A DNA stretch of 32,000 bases from Desulfobulbus propionicus DSM 2032 (GCF_000186885.1 NC_014972.1:3360001-3392000); one strand, 5' to 3'; counted from the stretch's first letter, positions 20,902 through 30,610 are shown. Notes: generated from the letters alone by a model not told the origin. A program made the numbers and translations.

Positions 20902-20928
20902 GCCGCCCCGGAAAGCCTCCAGGGCGGC
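20902..20928. terminator. Possible bidirectional hairpin between convergent ddl and serS
   Basis: GCCGCCC-...-GGGCGGC stem; no convincing T-run on either side. Confidence 0.3.
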
Positions 20929-20934
20929 CAGCGT

Positions 20935-22206
20935 TTAGAAGCGGGTGTTGAAGTAGGGTTCCAGCACCGAAGGCAGGCGGACCGTGCCGTCGGCCTGCTG
21001 GTAGTTCTCGAGAATGGCCAGCAGGGTGCGGCCCACCGCCAGGCCCGAGCCATTGAGGGTGTGGACCAGGCGACTCTTTTTTTCGCCCTTGGCCCGGTAG
21101 CGGATGCCCGCCCGCCGCGCCTGGAAATCAAGGAAGTTGGAGCAGGAAGAAATTTCGCGGTAACAGTTCTGCCCCGGCAGCCAAACCTCGATGTCGTAGG
21201 TCTTGGCCGCGGAGAAGCCCAGGTCGCCGGTACAAAGGGTGATCACCCGGTAGGGCAGCTCCAGCAGTTGCAGCGCCGCCTCGGCATCGGCCAGCAAGCT
21301 TTCCAACTCCTCCCAGGAGGTTTCCGGGGCGGTGAATTTGACCAGCTCGACCTTTTCGAACTGGTGCTGGCGGATGAGTCCCCGGGTGTCCTTGCCGTAG
21401 GAACCGGCCTCGGAGCGAAAACAGGGGGTGTAGGCGGTGTACTTCAGCGGCAGCTCCGCGCCGTCGATGGTTTCGCCGGCGTGAATGTTGGTCACCGGGA
21501 CCTCGGCGGTGGGAATCAACCACAGATCCCAACCTTCGAGTTTGAACAGGTCTTCCTTGAACTTGGGCAGCTGGCCGGTGCCGGTCATGGCTTTGGAATT
21601 GACCATGAACGGCGGCAGCACCTCGGTATAGCCGTGGCGTTGGGTATGGAGATCAAGGAAGAAATTGACCAGGGCCCGCGACAGACGGGAGCCGAAGCCC
21701 TTGAGCAGGGAAAAGCGGGCTCCGGCAAGGCGGGAAGCGGTGTCAAAGTCGAGGATGCCGAGTTGCTCGCCAATCTCCCAATGCGGCCGCGGCGGAAAGG
21801 CAAACGTGGGAATCTCGCCCCACCGTTTGATCTCGATGTTGTCCTGTTCGTCCCGTCCCTGAGGCACCGAATCGTCGCACAGGTTGGGGATGGACATGAC
21901 AATATCCTGCAATTCCTCCTCAATTCCGGCAAGGACGACATCCAGTTCCTTGATTCGATCGGACACCGCCCGCATCTCGACAATCAGCGGTTCCGCCTCG
22001 TCATTGCGGCCCGACTGCTTGAAACCGGCAATGGTTTTAGAAACCGTGTTGCGCTGATTTTTCAGCCCCTCGACCTCGGCCAAGGTGGCTAATCTTCGCC
22101 TGTCGGTTTCGGCAAAGCGGTCGATGAGTTGGGGGTCAACTCCGCGCAGGAGGCTTTTCGATCGGACCAGGTCCAGGTTTTCCCTGACAAAACGTAATTC
22201 AAGCAT
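20935..22206 (-). CDS. serS: Seryl-tRNA synthetase
   Basis: [22 protein letters not shown]; class II motifs ([78 protein letters not shown]). Confidence 0.97.
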   Translation of the reverse strand: MLELRFVRENLDLVRSKSLLRGVDPQLIDRFAETDRRRLATLAEVEGLKNQRNTVSKTIAGFKQSGRNDEAEPLIVEMRAVSDRIKELDVVLAGIEEELQDIVMSIPNLCDDSVPQGRDEQDNIEIKRWGEIPTFAFPPRPHWEIGEQLGILDFDTASRLAGARFSLLKGFGSRLSRALVNFFLDLHTQRHGYTEVLPPFMVNSKAMTGTGQLPKFKEDLFKLEGWDLWLIPTAEVPVTNIHAGETIDGAELPLKYTAYTPCFRSEAGSYGKDTRGLIRQHQFEKVELVKFTAPETSWEELESLLADAEAALQLLELPYRVITLCTGDLGFSAAKTYDIEVWLPGQNCYREISSCSNFLDFQARRAGIRYRAKGEKKSRLVHTLNGSGLAVGRTLLAILENYQQADGTVRLPSVLEPYFNTRF

Positions 22207-22404
22207 GACGATGCACGTGGGAGAGTGGAAGGGGTTGGAGTGAAAGTCATTCAAAATCCGGCGGATACTCGCCGGTTCCCCCGCTTTTATCACGGCCTCC
22301 GGGGAAACGCAACGGGTATTCAATTGCTTTTATCCGTCTGTTTTGCTACTTTTTTCCTGTTTTTTTCCCAGCTCCCAACAATCCAGCTTGCTTCTCCCGA
22401 TCCC

Positions 22405-23151
22405 ATGGCCGAGCCGCTCAAATCGTTTGCCCTCTTTCTGCTTGAACTCCGCAGTTCATTGAAAATACTTGGAATATCTATCGCGGCCGTCACTTTGCCA
22501 GCCTTTTTCCTTGCCGGACGCCTGCTCGCTGTCTTTCAGGAGCATCTCGGGGAGAAGCTCTATTTTTTTTCCGTGGCCGGCCCTTTCCTGGCCCATGTCA
22601 AACTGGGCTTTTTTGCCGCCCTCTATGTCCTCATGCCGCTGTGCATGCATGTCCTGTGGAAGGCGGCCGGCAAACCGTTCGGCGTCACCGGCACGAAACT
22701 CCTATGGTTCGTCATCGCCACCTGTATCCTTTTTTACAGCGGCACTGTTTTCTGTTATATGGTGACCCTGCCCTTTGGCATTCAGTTTTTGCTCAGCTTT
22801 CAGTCGCAGGACCTGCAGGCGGTCATTTCCATCAGCCGTTTCGTCAACTTCGTGACCCTGTTCATCCTGGGATTTGGCCTGGTATTTGAACTGCCGGTGT
22901 TCATGATCTTCAGCGCCCAGGTGGGAGCGATTTCCCGAGCCGCCTTTGCCCGCAACCGTCGTTATGCGGTGCTGGTGATCGCCATCCTCGCGGCCCTGCT
23001 CACGCCCACGCCGGATCTGGTCAACATGGGCTTGATGGGGCTGCCGCTCTATCTGCTGTATGAATCGGGGATCTTGCTGATCGGCTGGCTTGGGCTGGAC
23101 AAGGGCGGTACCGGCGCAAGCGGGGCTCGTCCGCCCGCCCTGCCTCAATGA
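22405..23151 (+). CDS. Divergent TatC-like (Sec-independent translocase) membrane protein
   Basis: Multiple hydrophobic helices, LLELRSSLKI near the N-terminus, and a C-terminal TatC-like region ELPVFMIFSAQVGAISRAAFARNRRYAVLVIAILAALLTPTPDLVNMGLMGLPLYLLYESGILL. The start is ambiguous; the ORF is open from 22225. Confidence 0.72.
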   Translation: MAEPLKSFALFLLELRSSLKILGISIAAVTLPAFFLAGRLLAVFQEHLGEKLYFFSVAGPFLAHVKLGFFAALYVLMPLCMHVLWKAAGKPFGVTGTKLLWFVIATCILFYSGTVFCYMVTLPFGIQFLLSFQSQDLQAVISISRFVNFVTLFILGFGLVFELPVFMIFSAQVGAISRAAFARNRRYAVLVIAILAALLTPTPDLVNMGLMGLPLYLLYESGILLIGWLGLDKGGTGASGARPPALPQ

Positions 23152-23259
23152 ATGCGGACTCCACGAACGGCCCCGGAGGCATGCGAGGTACCCATGAGCG
23201 CGAGGGCAGGCAAGTTCAATGGTTCAGGCAGGTAAAGCGGTTCATTGCATCGAGGTTCC

Positions 23260-23586
23260 ATGGCAATACGTAACAAAGAGGACGACAAGCGGCACGACAG
23301 ACGGATACTGTGGATTCTAGGCGCGGTGGTGGTATTTTTTTCCCTGCTGTGGATACTGTTCGCTCCAGGACGCGGTTTTTTCCATTACCGCAAGCTGCAA
23401 CAGGAAATCGTCACCCTGACCCAGGAAAATGCCCGACTCGAGGCCAAGAACATAGAACTTTCCGAGGATATCAAGCGGTTGCAATCAGACGACACCTACC
23501 TGGAAGAGGTGGCGCGCAAAAAGCACGGTCTGCTGAAAAAAAATGAAACGGTTTATGAGTTCGAGACGCCGAAAAAAAAGCAATGA
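23260..23586 (+). CDS. FtsB/DivIC-like septum formation initiator family protein
   Basis: Single N-terminal TM followed by a coiled coil, YRKLQQEIVTLTQENARLEAKNIELSEDIKRLQSDDTYLEEVARKKHGLLKKNETVYEF. Confidence 0.85.
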   Translation: MAIRNKEDDKRHDRRILWILGAVVVFFSLLWILFAPGRGFFHYRKLQQEIVTLTQENARLEAKNIELSEDIKRLQSDDTYLEEVARKKHGLLKKNETVYEFETPKKKQ

Positions 23587-24530
23587 CCATGTCGGTGCCC
23601 GGCGGCCGCGCCGATCCGAGCGAGATCACGCGCCAGCCACAGGGAGGGGATGTGCCCTCTGAAGAAACCGCAACCGACCGTCACGGCACGCCCGACCGCG
23701 CCGCCCTCCTGGCCTTGGGAGAGGGGGTGCGCACCTTGCTGCGGCTGCATCAGCAGATGGGCATCAGCCATTACCCGCTGACACCCGGCTTGGGGACGTT
23801 TGTCCGCGCCAAACAGGCGCGGCCCAACGAGCAGAAAAAGCGCATGCGGCCACCAGCGCCGACCGCAGCCCCGGTGGGCAAGAAAACGGCACCCGCCGCC
23901 ACGGCGACGGCAGGCCAACCGCCGCCAACAGAAAGCGACCGACTCTCGGTGTTGCGGCGTGACATCGAAGTCTGCCGCCTCTGCCCGCTCGCCGCTGACC
24001 GGTGGGGCGTAGTGTTTGCCGCCGGCACCGCCCCTGCCCGCCTGCTGGTTATCGGCGGCCATTCGCGGCAAGAGGGGGAATATTCTCCGACCATCCTCTT
24101 TGGCGGCCAGGAGGATGTGATGTTGTGGAACATGATGCGCGCGATCGGCCTGGGTAGCGGCGATATCGTTGTGACCAATGCCATCAAATGCTGCCCCAAA
24201 GCCGACCTGCCGCCGGAGAGTCTCCACGCCTGCACCGTTCACCTGCGCCGGGAAATAGCCCTGGTGCAGCCACGGGTCATCCTGGCCATGGGCGAGGAGG
24301 CGGCGCACGCCGTGCTCGGGACCGGCGAGCCGATCTCCCGCCTGCGCGGCCGGTTCCACGCTGCCCGCCAGGACGACGCCAATGGCGTTCCCATCCCGGT
24401 CATGGTCACTTTCCATCCCCGCTTTCTCCTCGCGCAGCCGGCGATGAAACAAGCCGCCTGGCAGGATCTGCAGATGATCCAGCGGCGTCTGTCCACAGAC
24501 GTCCAGGAGGAGGGCACCGGCCGCACATAG
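23583..24530 (+). CDS. Uracil-DNA glycosylase family 4-like protein with divergent motif 1
   Basis: CRLCPLA...LLVIGG...[14 protein letters not shown]...[28 protein letters not shown]...[28 protein letters not shown] overlaps the upstream stop (ATGA). Confidence 0.8.
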   Translation: MTMSVPGGRADPSEITRQPQGGDVPSEETATDRHGTPDRAALLALGEGVRTLLRLHQQMGISHYPLTPGLGTFVRAKQARPNEQKKRMRPPAPTAAPVGKKTAPAATATAGQPPPTESDRLSVLRRDIEVCRLCPLAADRWGVVFAAGTAPARLLVIGGHSRQEGEYSPTILFGGQEDVMLWNMMRAIGLGSGDIVVTNAIKCCPKADLPPESLHACTVHLRREIALVQPRVILAMGEEAAHAVLGTGEPISRLRGRFHAARQDDANGVPIPVMVTFHPRFLLAQPAMKQAAWQDLQMIQRRLSTDVQEEGTGRT

Positions 24531-24606
24531 CACCGAGGCAGGGGGCGGCTTGGCGTGCATCGTCCCCTCACCTCTTCCTTTCTCACTGTTTCTTCAGGAG
24601 GACTCG

Positions 24607-25233
24607 ATGGCTGTTCATGAAATTTCTCATCCGCTGGTTCGTCACAAACTGGGCCTTCTGCGCGAGAAAAATATATCCACCAAGGATTTCCGCGATCTGG
24701 CCTCCGAGGTCGGCATGCTGCTTGCTTACGAGGCCACCCGCAACCTGCCCACGGAAAAAGTGACCATTGATACCTGGTCGGGGCCGACCACCGTGGACCG
24801 CATCAAGGGCAAGAAGATCACCATCGTTCCCATTCTCCGCGCCGGCTTGGGCATGATGGACGGGGTGCTCAAGGCCCTGCCCAACGCCAAGGTATCCGTG
24901 GTCGGCCTGTATCGTGACGAACAGACGCTGCAGCCGGTGACCTATTTTAAAAAACTGGTCAAGGACATCGACCAGCGCCAAGCCTTGATCCTGGACCCCA
25001 TGCTGGCCACCGGCGGTACCCTGGTGGCGACCATCGACATGCTCAAACAGGCTGGCTGCCGGGATATCATCGGCATCTTCCTGGTGGCAGCACCCGAAGG
25101 GATCGACAGGCTCCGGGCCAGCCACCCGGAGGTTGACATTTATGTGGCCGCGGTGGATGAACGCTTGAATGCCGATGGCTATATCCTGCCGGGTCTGGGC
25201 GATGCCGGCGACAAGATCTTCGGCACCAAATAG
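24607..25233 (+). CDS. upp: Uracil phosphoribosyltransferase
   Basis: [80 protein letters not shown] is GGAGGA. Confidence 0.96.
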   Translation: MAVHEISHPLVRHKLGLLREKNISTKDFRDLASEVGMLLAYEATRNLPTEKVTIDTWSGPTTVDRIKGKKITIVPILRAGLGMMDGVLKALPNAKVSVVGLYRDEQTLQPVTYFKKLVKDIDQRQALILDPMLATGGTLVATIDMLKQAGCRDIIGIFLVAAPEGIDRLRASHPEVDIYVAAVDERLNADGYILPGLGDAGDKIFGTK

Positions 25234-25290
25234 TCGCCGCGTTTGCCGGCGGCGCACTTGCCGCCCGGAGATGCAATCGAGCCGCTTGGC

Positions 25291-25485
25291 TCAGGATCGG
25301 GCTTTGCCGGTGACGAACAGCTCGAAGAGCTTTTCAAAGACAAAGGGAATGGCCGAGGCCTGGGCGTTGGCCGACCCGGCATAGGCCTTGGTCAGCTCAA
25401 AGGCGCGCTCAAAGGCCTCTTCGAAATCCGAGGCGGTGTTTTTCTTGACGATGTTGATCAGTTCTTCGGCCAAAAAATCTTCCAT
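25291..25485 (-). CDS. Small uncharacterised helical protein (64 aa)
   Basis: MEDFLAEELINIVKKNTASDFEEAFERAFELTKAYAGSANAQASAIPFVFEKLFELFVTGKARS. The composition is protein-like, but the SD is weak. Confidence 0.5.
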   Translation of the reverse strand: MEDFLAEELINIVKKNTASDFEEAFERAFELTKAYAGSANAQASAIPFVFEKLFELFVTGKARS

Positions 25486-25694
25486 GAAATCACCACTGCA
25501 TGTGCGCTGTTGCCAGGTGCCGAACGAATCTTGCCGCACGGGTCGCAAACGAGATGCGGACCGCAGCACCCGATGGGGTGCCGCCATGATAGGCGGGAAT
25601 GGGCCGTTGGCCAAGTTTTTTTTCCCGCCCCCGCGCCGCCAAACCGGTCGCCGGCACGCAGCGAACCCGCGCCGGGAACCGTTGTTGTGGACCG

Positions 25695-25919
25695 TTATTC
25701 GCGCAGCAACACTGGACTGCAGAGATGTCGCGGCTCAGGGGCCATTCGGTCGCAGGTGGCGCACCGATACCGCACCGCCAAGTCAGGGTCATGGCATGCC
25801 TGTCCTTGTCCCTTTTTGTCCCTGCCGGTGCAGTCCCCCGTGGAGGAACCCTCGCAGGGGCTGCACAGATGGCCCGGCGACTCAGCCACCGCCCCACAGG
25901 TTGTACAGATACAACGCAT
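25695..25919 (-). CDS. Small Cys-rich, putative zinc-binding protein (74 aa)
   Basis: MRCICTTCGAVAESPGHLCSPCEG...YRCATCDRMAPEPRHLCSPVLLRE. AGGAGG SD just upstream of the ATG on the minus strand; duplicated C-x2-C...HLCSP motif. Confidence 0.7.
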   Translation of the reverse strand: MRCICTTCGAVAESPGHLCSPCEGSSTGDCTGRDKKGQGQACHDPDLAVRYRCATCDRMAPEPRHLCSPVLLRE

Positions 25920-26179
25920 GACCGCCTCCTTGAGTTGCAAAAATGGTCTGGTGGCAATGTTTGCATGGGATCGATGATGGTCAAGGGACAACGGGTGGTT
26001 GCCGTGACCGTGCCGGCGGTGGTTCAGCGCCATGGCCCATGGACGGCCGCCATCCGCTCCAAGAAATCGACTTGACGCTCAAGACCAGTCTCTGTACCCT
26101 GCACGCTGAATCCCCCTGCCACAGGAGCAGAACGACATGTCCGTGACAGGCTTCTTGCGGCCTTTTTTCCAACACTACC

Positions 26180-27622
26180 ATGATTGAGCAGGCGCCCTAC
26201 TCCTTCCTTCGTCGTTGTATCAGTGACCTTCTCAACGGTCTGAGCGATGGGTTGACCCATTTTTCCGGCGCCAGCCGAGCCGCGGTCATCTTTGCCTTGC
26301 GACCCGACAGCCCCATGCTGGTGTGCGATCCACAAAATCTCCTCAAAGGCCATGAACCGATCTTCAAGAGCCTCTATGTGGACAGCCAGAAATGGCGGGC
26401 CAACGACTTGGTTTCCCAGGATCGCAAGCGGTTCGCCGACATCATTCCGATCAAGAATTTGGGACTGGCTGGCCTGCTCTCCAACGGCGGCTATTCCGGC
26501 TCGGTCTTTTTTCAGCAATGGTTCACCGAGCACCACCCTGATCTCTGTTCCACCGGCCCGACCGAATGCTGGCTGGAGCACGCGGTGTGGCGGTTCTCTC
26601 ACGACCTGGCCAACGATCAGGATTTGTACACCGGCATTTCCGGCTATTTCCTCAAGGAATACGCCACCCACGCGGTGCGCGACTATATCATTGATCAGAT
26701 GAATCTGCTGCTCGGCTGGGACAGCCCGGTGCGCATTTATCCAGTGCTCGACGCGATCCTGTTGATTTCCGAAACCCGGGAGGAGGGGTCCTATCCCGAG
26801 GGCAGGTTGCTGGTGGTCGATCCCGACATGCTCGACCGACTTGATTTCCTGGTCAAATTTCAGGAAAGCGTCCGGCCCCAGCTGGTGAACAGCAAGCATG
26901 TGCGCAAACTGCTGCTCACCGTCGAGCGCTCGGGTCGCCACTTGGTCAGTGACGGCCGGGCCATCCTCGGCATCTGCGGCGATAGCCTGCCGCCCTTTTC
27001 CGTCTGCGCCGATTTCCGTGGCCGGCACGGCTTTCTGAAGATCAACCGTAACAAGGTGTGCAGTTTTGCCGATGGCCGGTTCAGTTCCACCACCTATCAG
27101 GCCAAGCTGGTCCATCTGGAAGAGTTGTTGCTTGAAACCGACCTGGACCGGTCGGTCAGCTATTTCCTGCTCAAGATCGTGGTCAGCCTGGTGCATCATT
27201 CCCAGCAACGCAAACACGGCTGCACGGTGGTCCTCGATCTCAACGCCCAGCCGGTGGCCATTTCCGGGCAGACCCTGGCGCCGCCGCTTGACCTGCGCAA
27301 GCCCTACATGCTGAAGATGGCCAAATCCCTGGCCAAGGTGGACGGAGCGCTGCATATCGGCGCGGACATGCACCTGCACGGCTTTGCCTGCCTGCTCGAC
27401 GGCCGGACTTTCCCCGGAGAGGACCTGGCCAGGGGGGCACGCTACAACTCCGCCCTGCGCTTCACCGCCGAGCACGCCAACATCATCGTCGTGGTGGTTT
27501 CCTCGGACCGGCCGGTTTCAGTGATCCATCAAGGAGTCGATGTGCACGGCGTCTGCACCTGGAATCGAAAGGACGGGTGCGTGTACAACCTGGACCGGCT
27601 CGACTACTGGGTCGGCCTGTAA
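26180..27622 (+). CDS. Protein with C-terminal diadenylate cyclase (DisA_N/DAC)-like domain and uncharacterised N-terminal region
   Basis: C-terminus: HGCTVVLDLNAQPVAISGQTL...MAKSLAKVDGALHIGADMHLHGFACLLDG...DLARGARYNSALRFTAEHANIIVVVVSSDRPVSVIHQGVDVHG. Confidence 0.78.
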   Translation: MIEQAPYSFLRRCISDLLNGLSDGLTHFSGASRAAVIFALRPDSPMLVCDPQNLLKGHEPIFKSLYVDSQKWRANDLVSQDRKRFADIIPIKNLGLAGLLSNGGYSGSVFFQQWFTEHHPDLCSTGPTECWLEHAVWRFSHDLANDQDLYTGISGYFLKEYATHAVRDYIIDQMNLLLGWDSPVRIYPVLDAILLISETREEGSYPEGRLLVVDPDMLDRLDFLVKFQESVRPQLVNSKHVRKLLLTVERSGRHLVSDGRAILGICGDSLPPFSVCADFRGRHGFLKINRNKVCSFADGRFSSTTYQAKLVHLEELLLETDLDRSVSYFLLKIVVSLVHHSQQRKHGCTVVLDLNAQPVAISGQTLAPPLDLRKPYMLKMAKSLAKVDGALHIGADMHLHGFACLLDGRTFPGEDLARGARYNSALRFTAEHANIIVVVVSSDRPVSVIHQGVDVHGVCTWNRKDGCVYNLDRLDYWVGL

Positions 27623-27656
27623 CCGCCACAGGACAACGGTCCGGCCATTCCAGCCT

Positions 27657-28382
27657 TCATCGTCCAAACAGCTGCACCTCGGGTTGCCCCTGGGCGGCGT
27701 AGGCGGCGTCCAGCAGATCCCGCAGTTGGCTCTTACACGTCTTGAGCGGAGGCAGGGGGGGGAACGCGGGCAGCAGGGTCTCCGCTCCTTGCGGGGCGGT
27801 AATCCGCATCTTGTCCTCCAAAGCGCTGTCCCGCTGCGGGTTGAGGCCGCCGGCCATCGCTCCCGACTCGTGCATGGCGCCACTGTCCAGCCGCCGGAGA
27901 AACCCCATCATCGAGCCCAGATCGTTCTTGCGGTGAAAGACCTCGATCTCTTCGGCGATGGCCCTGCCCTCCGCGACCAGCCGCTTCAGGGTGGCGCCGT
28001 AGTGCTCCATCCCCTCGCAGAGGCGATTGTAGATATCAAAAAACAGGTTCTGAAAACGGGAGCGGCGGGTGAAGCCGTGCACCGCCTGGCCTCGGAACAG
28101 GCGCCGGCGGATCGAGGCCGACTGGAGCAGATACGGATCGAGAAAAATCGGGTCCCGCAGACCGGTCAGACGAAAAAAATCGTAAATCAGCGGCTCCCGG
28201 TTGAGAAGGATATAGAGCCGGACCAAATCGAAGCCGACCTCGTTTTCCAACTGTCGGAACGCATCGAGAACATGCTGGTCATATTCCCGGCTGTCGTCCT
28301 CGATCATTTTGCGAAAGCCGAAATACCGGTCGGCAATCTCTTTCTTGATCTCCAGGGAAAGCATTTCTTCCATATCGTGCAT
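27657..28382 (-). CDS. Uncharacterised protein (about 241 aa), no domain recognised
   Basis: Uninterrupted, protein-like ORF (MHDMEEMLSLEIKKEIADRYFGFRKMIEDDSREYDQHVLDAFRQLENEVGFDLVRLYILLNREPLIYDFFRLTGL...). GAGG upstream of the ATG; convergent with the DAC-like gene. Confidence 0.7.
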   Translation of the reverse strand: MHDMEEMLSLEIKKEIADRYFGFRKMIEDDSREYDQHVLDAFRQLENEVGFDLVRLYILLNREPLIYDFFRLTGLRDPIFLDPYLLQSASIRRRLFRGQAVHGFTRRSRFQNLFFDIYNRLCEGMEHYGATLKRLVAEGRAIAEEIEVFHRKNDLGSMMGFLRRLDSGAMHESGAMAGGLNPQRDSALEDKMRITAPQGAETLLPAFPPLPPLKTCKSQLRDLLDAAYAAQGQPEVQLFGR

Positions 28383-28593
28383 GCCCAACCTCACCTGCGT
28401 CTCTGTCCGACGAAAACATCAGGGGAGCACAAGCGCCGTCCGCGAGTCCGCGGCCGAGCCCCCATGCATTTCTCACTTGTACAAACGCATCATAAATGAC
28501 AATGCTGAAAAAAGCTCCAGCGATGACGCTTGCGCCATCGACGGCGCTTGGCCTGTAACGCACCATCATCACTTCAAGGTTGTCCAGTTGAGT

Positions 28594-30384
28594 ATGTCGT
28601 TGTCCTCTTCCCGCGAACAGATAAAAACCATGGTCAGGGATGCCGCCGATATCGTGCAGGTGATCGGCGAGCATGTCGAGCTCAAACGGTCCGGCAGCCG
28701 TTTCACCGGCCGTTGCCCTTTCCACAACGAAAAGACACCGTCCTTTTCCGTCAATCCTCAGGGCCAATTCTTTCACTGCTTCGGCTGCGGCGAGCATGGG
28801 GATGTGTTCTCCTTTGTGATGAAGTACCATCACATGGAATTTCCCGAGGCGCTCAAATTGCTGGCACGCAAGTTCGGCGTCGATCTGCCCGAGCGGCCGT
28901 TGAGTGAATCGGAACAGGCGCGATTGCGCCAGCTGGAAAAGCTGTATGAGGCCAACGAGACAGCGGTCCTCGTCTATCAACAGTGCCTGCGCCATCCCAA
29001 ATGGGGAAAACCAGCCCGAGCCTATCTGGAACGGCGCGGCGTGCCAACAGCGGCGATCGAGCGCTACCGGCTCGGCTGTGCCCCGGATCCCGAACAGGCC
29101 GGCTGGAGCTATCTGACCGACCAACTGATGGCCAAGGGACTGACTCCGGAGACGCTTGCGCAGGCCGGACTCGCGGTACGCAAGGAGCAAGGGGGGCAGT
29201 ATGATCGCTTCCGTTCGCGGATCATGTTTCCCATCGTCGACATGACCGGCCGGGTGGTGGCCTTTGGCGGCCGCATCCTCGGCGACGGTCAACCCAAATA
29301 CATGAATTCCCCGGAAAGCCCCATCTTCGACAAAAGCCGCCTGCTCTTTGGTCTGCATCAGCACCGTGAGGCTATCCGCAAGGCGCGGCGCTGTCTGGTG
29401 GTCGAGGGCAATTTTGACCTGCTGCTGCTGTCGGTCCATGGCATCGACAACGTGGTGGCCCCCCTCGGAACGGCGCTTACCCGCAGCCATATCCATTCAT
29501 TGCGCGGCTACAGCGACGAGGTGATCCTGCTGTTCGACGCCGATGCGGCCGGATTGAAGGCGGCCATGCGCAGCATCCCCTTTTTTCTGGCCGAGGGGGT
29601 CGAGGGCAGGGTTGCCCTGCTGCCTCCGGGACACGATCCAGACAGTTTTGTCCGCGAGGCTGGCGCGGAGGCGGTGGTCGAGCTGGTGGACGCAGCCCGG
29701 CCGCTGCCCGAATTCGCCTTTGATGCCCTGGTCCGCGAGCACGGCCTGACCCTGGCCGGCAAGAATCGGATTGTCAGCGAACTCAAGCGACTGCTGGCCG
29801 AAGCCGCCGATGCGGGGCAGCGGGAACTGATGATTGCCCATTTCAGTGAAAAGCTGGGACTTGCGCCCGGTTATTTCCAGGTGCCCTCAAAAGCCGCGGT
29901 TCCCCTGGCCAAACCTGCCCCCGCCCCCATCACCCCGCAATCGGCGAGCCTGTCGCGACAGGAAAAACAGGTGGTGGATTTCCTCATCCTCTACCCCGAA
30001 TATCACGAAGAACTGCGGGCGGCTGGGCTGACCGCGCTGTTTCGCGACTCGACGGCGGCCTGGGTGATCGAATTGGTGGAGCATATCTCGGCGGCGGGTC
30101 CCAGCCAGCCCGAACAGCTGCTGACAACGATCGACAACGAAACCATCCGGGCCTACATCATTCAGCTCCTGACCCAGGTACCATCTGGCATCGAACCGGA
30201 ATCCGATCATGCCCGGCGAACCTGTGACGAACTGCTCCAGTGGCTGCACCAGGAGCAACAACGTCGTGATGGCGCGGCCCTGCAGGAACAGATCAACCTG
30301 GCCCAACAGCACGGGAATGCGGAGCTGCTGATGGAACTGCTCCGGCGGAAACAGGAAATTGGAAAAAAAAGAACGGGATTTTGA
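28594..30384 (+). CDS. dnaG: DNA primase DnaG
   Basis: Zinc-finger CPFHNEKTPSFSVNPQGQFFHCFGCGEHGD; TOPRIM LVVEGNFDLLLL...VILLFDADAAG; followed by rpoD. Confidence 0.97.
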   Translation: MSLSSSREQIKTMVRDAADIVQVIGEHVELKRSGSRFTGRCPFHNEKTPSFSVNPQGQFFHCFGCGEHGDVFSFVMKYHHMEFPEALKLLARKFGVDLPERPLSESEQARLRQLEKLYEANETAVLVYQQCLRHPKWGKPARAYLERRGVPTAAIERYRLGCAPDPEQAGWSYLTDQLMAKGLTPETLAQAGLAVRKEQGGQYDRFRSRIMFPIVDMTGRVVAFGGRILGDGQPKYMNSPESPIFDKSRLLFGLHQHREAIRKARRCLVVEGNFDLLLLSVHGIDNVVAPLGTALTRSHIHSLRGYSDEVILLFDADAAGLKAAMRSIPFFLAEGVEGRVALLPPGHDPDSFVREAGAEAVVELVDAARPLPEFAFDALVREHGLTLAGKNRIVSELKRLLAEAADAGQRELMIAHFSEKLGLAPGYFQVPSKAAVPLAKPAPAPITPQSASLSRQEKQVVDFLILYPEYHEELRAAGLTALFRDSTAAWVIELVEHISAAGPSQPEQLLTTIDNETIRAYIIQLLTQVPSGIEPESDHARRTCDELLQWLHQEQQRRDGAALQEQINLAQQHGNAELLMELLRRKQEIGKKRTGF

Positions 30385-30393
30385 TTTAACCTG

Positions 30394-30422
30394 TTGAAAA
30401 AAGATACAAATCGGATTAATTC
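30394..30422 (+). promoter_or_regulatory. Candidate sigma70-type promoter upstream of rpoD
   Basis: TTGAAA, 17-nt spacer, TAATTC in an AT-rich intergenic region. Confidence 0.3.
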
Positions 30423-30610
30423 AAAAAATTGTATTTTGGATTGGTCTCCAAGATTGGCTTCATGCGGCCGCCCGAGTGTGTCGCCTGGATGACCGCTCCT
30501 TGTATTCATTTAATTTTCTTCTAATTTTACCTCTTGCTGTCGGAGGCTTCACGGATGATCCCTGGCACCGCCGGTTTAAAATTTTTGACGGCTTTCTTGA
30601 GGAGGAATAA

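Noticed and set aside
26024-27475. 483-aa minus-strand ORF antisense to the DAC-like gene
   Set aside because: The + strand product has a recognisable catalytic-domain layout. The minus product has typical shadow-ORF composition.
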